Assembly: GCF_048403405.1 (NCBI RefSeq)
Contig: NZ_CP183129.1
Source: Escherichia coli
GTDB taxonomy: Bacteria; Pseudomonadota; Gammaproteobacteria; Enterobacterales; Enterobacteriaceae
Length of the DNA stretch: 64,000 bases
Direction: 5' to 3' (one strand)
Both the position numbers and the translations under genes were made by a program. Below, piece by piece: positions 58,717 through 64,000 of this stretch. How positions within the stretch are numbered: the stretch's first letter is position 1; the number at the start of each line of letters is the position of its first letter. Under the pieces are notes generated by a model. The model ran no database searches and was not told the origin of the DNA. It worked only from the letters and a program-made list of their open reading frames with translations.

Positions 58717-58753
58717 AGTTTTGCGTTTGTCATCAGTCTCTAATATGGTCGAC

Positions 58754-59374
58754 ATGAAAACTACGCATACCGCCCTCCCCTTTGCCGGAAATACGCTGCA
58801 TTTTGTTAAGTTCGATCCGGCGAGTTTTTGTGAGCAGGATTTACTCTGGCTGCCACACTACGCGCAACTGCAACACGCTGGACGTAAACGTAAAACAGAG
58901 CATTTAGCCGGACGGATCGCTGCAGTTTATGCGCTGCGGGAATATGGCTATAAATGTGTGCCCGCAATCGGCGAGCTACGCCAACCTGTGTGGCCTGCGG
59001 GGGTATACGGCAGTATTAGCCACTGTGGGGCTACGGCATTAGCCGTGGTATCTCGTCAACCGATTGGCATTGATATTGAAGAAATTTTTTCTGCGCAAAC
59101 AGCGGCAGAATTGACAGACAACATTATTACACCAGCAGAACACGAGCGACTCGCAGAATGCGGTTTAACCTTTTCTCTGGCGCTGACACTGGCATTTTCC
59201 GCCAAAGAGAGCGCATTTAAGGCAAGCAAGATACAGGCCGCTCAAGGTTTTCTGGATTATCAGATAATTAGCTGGAATAAACAGCAGATCATCATTCGAC
59301 TAGAGGATGAGCAGTTTGCTGTGCACTGGCAGATAAAAGAAAAAATAGTCATAACGCTGTGCCAACACGATTAA
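58754..59374 (+). CDS. entD: 4'-phosphopantetheinyl transferase EntD
   Basis: 206 aa from MKTTHTALPF...; upstream part of the 256-aa ORF overlaps the REP region. Confidence 0.85.
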   Translation: MKTTHTALPFAGNTLHFVKFDPASFCEQDLLWLPHYAQLQHAGRKRKTEHLAGRIAAVYALREYGYKCVPAIGELRQPVWPAGVYGSISHCGATALAVVSRQPIGIDIEEIFSAQTAAELTDNIITPAEHERLAECGLTFSLALTLAFSAKESAFKASKIQAAQGFLDYQIISWNKQQIIIRLEDEQFAVHWQIKEKIVITLCQHD

Positions 59375-59495
59375 TTGACAACATCTGGTACGATTCGCCC
59401 GCAGCCATTACTGACCGCGGGCGAAAGTGTAAAGCAGGTGCCTTACCATCCTGACCTGACAACCGGATATGCGGGGATTGCTCCCCGCACAACGG

Positions 59496-59648
59496 CTACT
59501 TCTTCGGTTCGTAAGCGAGAACAGCCTTAAACTCAATATTACGTTCCTTCACCGTAAACTCACACAGCGAGTCGCGGACCAGAAGCGTAAATCCCAGCAC
59601 CGTTAAACACAGCACTATGACTGCCACAAGGGCATATTTCGTCAGCAT
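59496..59648 (-). CDS. hokE: Hok-family type I toxin (HokE)
   Basis: 50 aa [31 protein letters not shown]...AYEPKK; GGAGG RBS; Hok-family TM plus conserved Cys. Confidence 0.75.
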   Translation of the reverse strand: MLTKYALVAVIVLCLTVLGFTLLVRDSLCEFTVKERNIEFKAVLAYEPKK

Positions 59649-59745
59649 GTTTATATTGCCTCCATGCGAAGAAGGGACTACCATCCGAGTTGTTCAGGTT
59701 TGGGTAGGTAGCCCCAGGGTGTACTGACCCCAAAAAGTTGGACAG

Positions 59746-60597
59746 TTAAACACGAGGCATATAGGTCTGATTCCGATATTCAATTGGAGTCAGACCTTTT
59801 AATTTCAGGCTAATTCTTCTGCTGTTGTAGTATTCAATATATTCCGTAACAGCATCCTTCAGTTCGCTTATATTACTGAACTCATCAAGATAAAAACACT
59901 CCGACTTTAAGGTTCCAAAGAAACACTCCACCACAGCATTATCCAGACAATTGCCTTTTCTGGACATGCTTTGTTTAATACCATGTTCTTTAAGGATATT
60001 TTGATATCTTCTCATACGATACTGCCATCCCTGGTCAGAGTGCAGAACAGGATGCTCGTGAGGATTAAGCTTTTTGAATGCCTGATCGAGCATATTCTCA
60101 ACCATGTTCATCACTGGTCTTTCCGAAAGGCTGTAAGAAATAACTTCGTTGTTGAAGAGATCTATTACTGGAGACAAATACAGCTTGCGCCCATTGACTA
60201 CAAATTCAGTAACATCGGTAACCCACTTCTCGTTTGGCCGCGTAGCCTTGAAATCTCTTTGGAGAACATTAGGGGCGGTTTGCCCTACCTCTCCTCTGTA
60301 AGAGCGGTATCGCTTGACCTTAATCGCTGCTTTAAGTGAGAGGGTTCCCATCAGGCGCTGAACAGCTTTATGGTTAATCTGTTTCCCTTCTCGATGAAGA
60401 GACAGCGTTACCCTACGGTATCCGTATCGGCCTCTATTCTCGTGATAAATCTCACCAATACGCTTTTTAACGTCCGCATACTTGTCAGGCTTGCTGAGAG
60501 CCTTTAGATGGTAATAAAACGTACTGCGCGGTATCTCCGCAGCCCTGAGAAGCTCATCAAGAGGATAAAACTGCCTTAGCTCGTTGAGTACTTTTAC
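59746..60597 (-). CDS. insK: IS150 orfB (DDE integrase/transposase catalytic part, InsK), expressed by -1 frameshift fusion to orfA
   Basis: Open frame continuous from about 60651 to stop at 59746; no ATG before MGTLSLK (60351); upstream in-frame residues read ...[32 protein letters not shown]...; 5' boundary approximate. Confidence 0.8.
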   Translation of the reverse strand, partial: VKVLNELRQFYPLDELLRAAEIPRSTFYYHLKALSKPDKYADVKKRIGEIYHENRGRYGYRRVTLSLHREGKQINHKAVQRLMGTLSLKAAIKVKRYRSYRGEVGQTAPNVLQRDFKATRPNEKWVTDVTEFVVNGRKLYLSPVIDLFNNEVISYSLSERPVMNMVENMLDQAFKKLNPHEHPVLHSDQGWQYRMRRYQNILKEHGIKQSMSRKGNCLDNAVVECFFGTLKSECFYLDEFSNISELKDAVTEYIEYYNSRRISLKLKGLTPIEYRNQTYMPRV

Positions 60598-61115
60598 TTT
60601 TTCGTGGGATGAGCTAAGGCTTTCAGCTTTTTTAGATACATAAGCCGCGTTTCAAGAAATCGAACTTGCCTTTCAAGATCCTCAATGCGTCGGTCTTTTG
60701 ACAGCTCCAATGCTGATGCCGCTTTTTCTGGATCAACTGATATTGCAATGTTTCTTTTGGTGCCAATCTTGAGCGCGCGTAAACCAGCTTCTCCGCGCTC
60801 TTCATAGACCTTCAGCCACCTGGCTACAGAACCACTACCAGCAAGCATAAAGTGAGCAGCAGCCTGATTAAGGGACATGTGCTGCTCGATCACAGCTTTC
60901 ACGACCTTAATACGCAACTCTGGATCAGCACTAACGCCTTTAGGTTTGGGAATTAAACCTTTTTCTCCATGTTTTTCATAGAGGGCAACCCATGTCCTGA
61001 CCTGGGTTCGGGGGACACCAAAACGTGCCGAGATGATCCTGTAACCATCATCAGTTGTGAAGTAGTGATTCACGACTTCAAGGCGCTTTTCAAAAGGGTA
61101 TTTTGGCTTTGACAT
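60594..61115 (-). CDS. insJ: IS150 orfA protein (HTH DNA-binding, InsJ)
   Basis: 173-aa ORF ending ...ALAHPTKK. Confidence 0.9.
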   Translation of the reverse strand: MSKPKYPFEKRLEVVNHYFTTDDGYRIISARFGVPRTQVRTWVALYEKHGEKGLIPKPKGVSADPELRIKVVKAVIEQHMSLNQAAAHFMLAGSGSVARWLKVYEERGEAGLRALKIGTKRNIAISVDPEKAASALELSKDRRIEDLERQVRFLETRLMYLKKLKALAHPTKK

Positions 61116-61526
61116 ATTAGGGGCTATTCCATTTCATCGTCCAACAAAATGGGTGCAGTACAGGGTTGATAGAAATATCTCCTGGGGCTTCATCTTTCCA
61201 GACCTCAGAGTAAACCTGAAACCGGAAAGCTTCAGGCACCCGCCGTTATCTTACCCTTCCTCAGCAAAATAGCTGTTTATTTATACAGTGAGTCCTGTTT
61301 CGGACTTCTCACTCCTAATTTGATCAACTGAAGCTGAACCCGTTTTTTTCTGCATGCCTCAATCGTCAAAATTCTTCGCCACCAGCCAGCTCTGCCATAA
61401 CTTGTCACATTGCAAAAGTAGCCAAATTGCTTCAGTCACCATCACCAAAAAAAAGAAACATTCCAGAACTTCCGCATCTCGCCCAGCCGCTCCGACTTCT
61501 ATACTGAATAGAAAACGCCAACATAA

Positions 61527-62654
<1,128 letters not shown>

Positions 62655-62719
62655 GCCGGGAATTGCCTTACAGAAGAATATCCCTGACAATGGTGTTTTA
62701 ACTTACATTTAACAATGTT

Positions 62720-62968
62720 ATGAAACACCCTTTAGAAACCTTGACCACCGCAGCAGGCATTTTGCTGATGGCTTTCCTTTCTTGCCTGCTGCTGCCCGCC
62801 CCCGCACTGGGGCTGACGCTGGCACAAAAACTGGTGACCATGTTCCATCTGATGGATCTTAGCCAGCTTTACACTTTATTGTTTTGTCTGTGGTTTTTAG
62901 TGCTGGGCGCTATTGAGTATTTTGTTCTGCGCTTTATCTGGCGACGCTGGTTCTCGCTGGCGGATTAA
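62720..62968 (+). CDS. ybdJ: Small membrane protein YbdJ
   Basis: 82-aa ORF with two hydrophobic segments. Confidence 0.8.
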   Translation: MKHPLETLTTAAGILLMAFLSCLLLPAPALGLTLAQKLVTMFHLMDLSQLYTLLFCLWFLVLGAIEYFVLRFIWRRWFSLAD

Positions 62969-63032
62969 ACGTCGATTATCGCCGAACTTCGCGGCATACT
63001 TTGCTTATTCTCCTTCGCCTAAAGGAACGTTT

Positions 63033-63401
63033 ATGGATAAGCAATCACTGCACGAAACGGCGAAACGCCTGGCCCTTGAGTTACCCTTTGTCGAGCTTTG
63101 CTGGCCTTTTGGCCCGGAGTTCGATGTTTTTAAAATTGGCGGCAAGATTTTTATGCTGTCGTCGGAGCTGCGCGGCGTCCCCTTTATCAATCTGAAGTCC
63201 GATCCACAAAAATCCCTGTTAAATCAGCAGATATACCCGAGCATTAAACCAGGATATCACATGAATAAAAAGCACTGGATTTCGGTTTATCCCGGCGAGG
63301 AAATCTCCGAAGCGTTACTTAGCGATCTGATCAACGATTCGTGGAATCTGGTGGTTGATGGTCTGGCTAAACGCGATCAAAAAAGAGTGCGTCCAGGCTA
63401 A
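63033..63401 (+). CDS. ybdF: Uncharacterised protein YbdF
   Basis: 122 aa from [13 protein letters not shown]...; longer ORF-track start overlaps ybdJ and was rejected. Confidence 0.8.
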   Translation: MDKQSLHETAKRLALELPFVELCWPFGPEFDVFKIGGKIFMLSSELRGVPFINLKSDPQKSLLNQQIYPSIKPGYHMNKKHWISVYPGEEISEALLSDLINDSWNLVVDGLAKRDQKRVRPG

Positions 63402-63494
63402 AGCGGAAATCTATAGCGCATTTTTCTCGCTTACCATTTCTCGTTGAACCTTGTAATCTGCTGGCACGCAAAATTACTTTCACATGGAGTCTTT

Positions 63495-64000
63495 ATGGAT
63501 ATCATTTCTGTCGCCTTAAAGCGTCATTCCACTAAGGCATTTGATGCCAGCAAAAAACTTACCCCGGAACAGGCCGAGCAGATCAAAACGCTACTGCAAT
63601 ACAGCCCATCCAGCACTAACTCCCAGCCGTGGCATTTTATTGTTGCCAGCACGGAAGAAGGTAAAGCGCGTGTTGCCAAATCCGCTGCCGGTAATTACGT
63701 GTTCAACGAGCGTAAAATACTTGATGCCTCGCACGTCGTGGTGTTCTGTGCAAAAACCGCGATGGACGATGCCTGGCTGAAGCTGGTTGTTGACCAGGAA
63801 GATGCCGATGGCCGCTTTGCCACGCCGGAAGCGAAAGCCGCGAACGATAAAGGTCGCAAGTTCTTCGCCGATATGCACCGTAAAGATCTGCATGATGATG
63901 CGCAGTGGATGGCAAAACAGGTTTATCTCAACGTCGGTAACTTCCTGCTCGGCGTGGCGGCGCTGGGTCTGGACGCGGTGCCCATCGAAGGTTTTGACGC
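63495..64000 (+). CDS. nfsB: Oxygen-insensitive NAD(P)H nitroreductase, 3'-truncated by window edge
   Basis: ATG at 63495; translation [50 protein letters not shown]... runs to the window end. Confidence 0.85.
   Translation, partial: MDIISVALKRHSTKAFDASKKLTPEQAEQIKTLLQYSPSSTNSQPWHFIVASTEEGKARVAKSAAGNYVFNERKILDASHVVVFCAKTAMDDAWLKLVVDQEDADGRFATPEAKAANDKGRKFFADMHRKDLHDDAQWMAKQVYLNVGNFLLGVAALGLDAVPIEGFD

Larger units (their letters stand above)
59720..61162 (-). mobile_element. IS150 (IS3 family), complete 1443-bp copy with 3-bp target duplication GGG
   Basis: Ends TGTACTGACCCCAAAAAGTTGGACAGTTAAACACGAGGCA and ...CAACAAAATGGGTGCAGTACA (TG...CA termini); flanking GGG at 59717-59719 and 61163-61165; orfA/orfB organisation. 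Confidence 0.9.

Overview
This window is a largely core Escherichia coli chromosomal segment, matching the K-12 nfsB-to-nadD region (about b0578-b0639) in reversed orientation. Gene identities and lengths below are recognised by reading the translated ORFs against recalled E. coli proteins; no database search was run. Content, left to right: nadD (3' part), cobC, rsfS, rlmH, mrdA, mrdB, rlpA, dacA, ybeD, lipB, ybeF, lipA, tatE, ybeM, crcB, cspE, pagP, dcuC, dpiA/dpiB, citCDEFXG-citT, rna, rnk, uspG, ahpF, ahpC, dsbG, ybdO, ybdN, ybdM, ybdL, ybdH, ybdD, cstA, the complete enterobactin cluster (entH-A-B-E-C, fepB, entS, fepDGC, fepE, entF, ybdZ, fes, fepA, entD), hokE, one IS150 copy, ybdK, ybdJ, ybdF and the 5' part of nfsB. 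No tRNA, rRNA or CRISPR array was found. Three things suggest the strain is not K-12 MG1655: an IS150 sits upstream of hokE with no IS186 downstream of it, ybdR is missing between rnk and uspG, and ybeM reads as an intact frame. I did not find a convincing undescribed multi-gene system. The most worthwhile follow-ups are the IS150 insertion that splits a perfect hairpin in the hokE/sokE leader, the functionally unassigned ybdN-ybdM pair (PAPS-reductase-like plus ParB-like, the same domain logic as DndC/DndB), and the ybdR-less rnk-uspG spacer with a 29-codon hydrophobic ORF.
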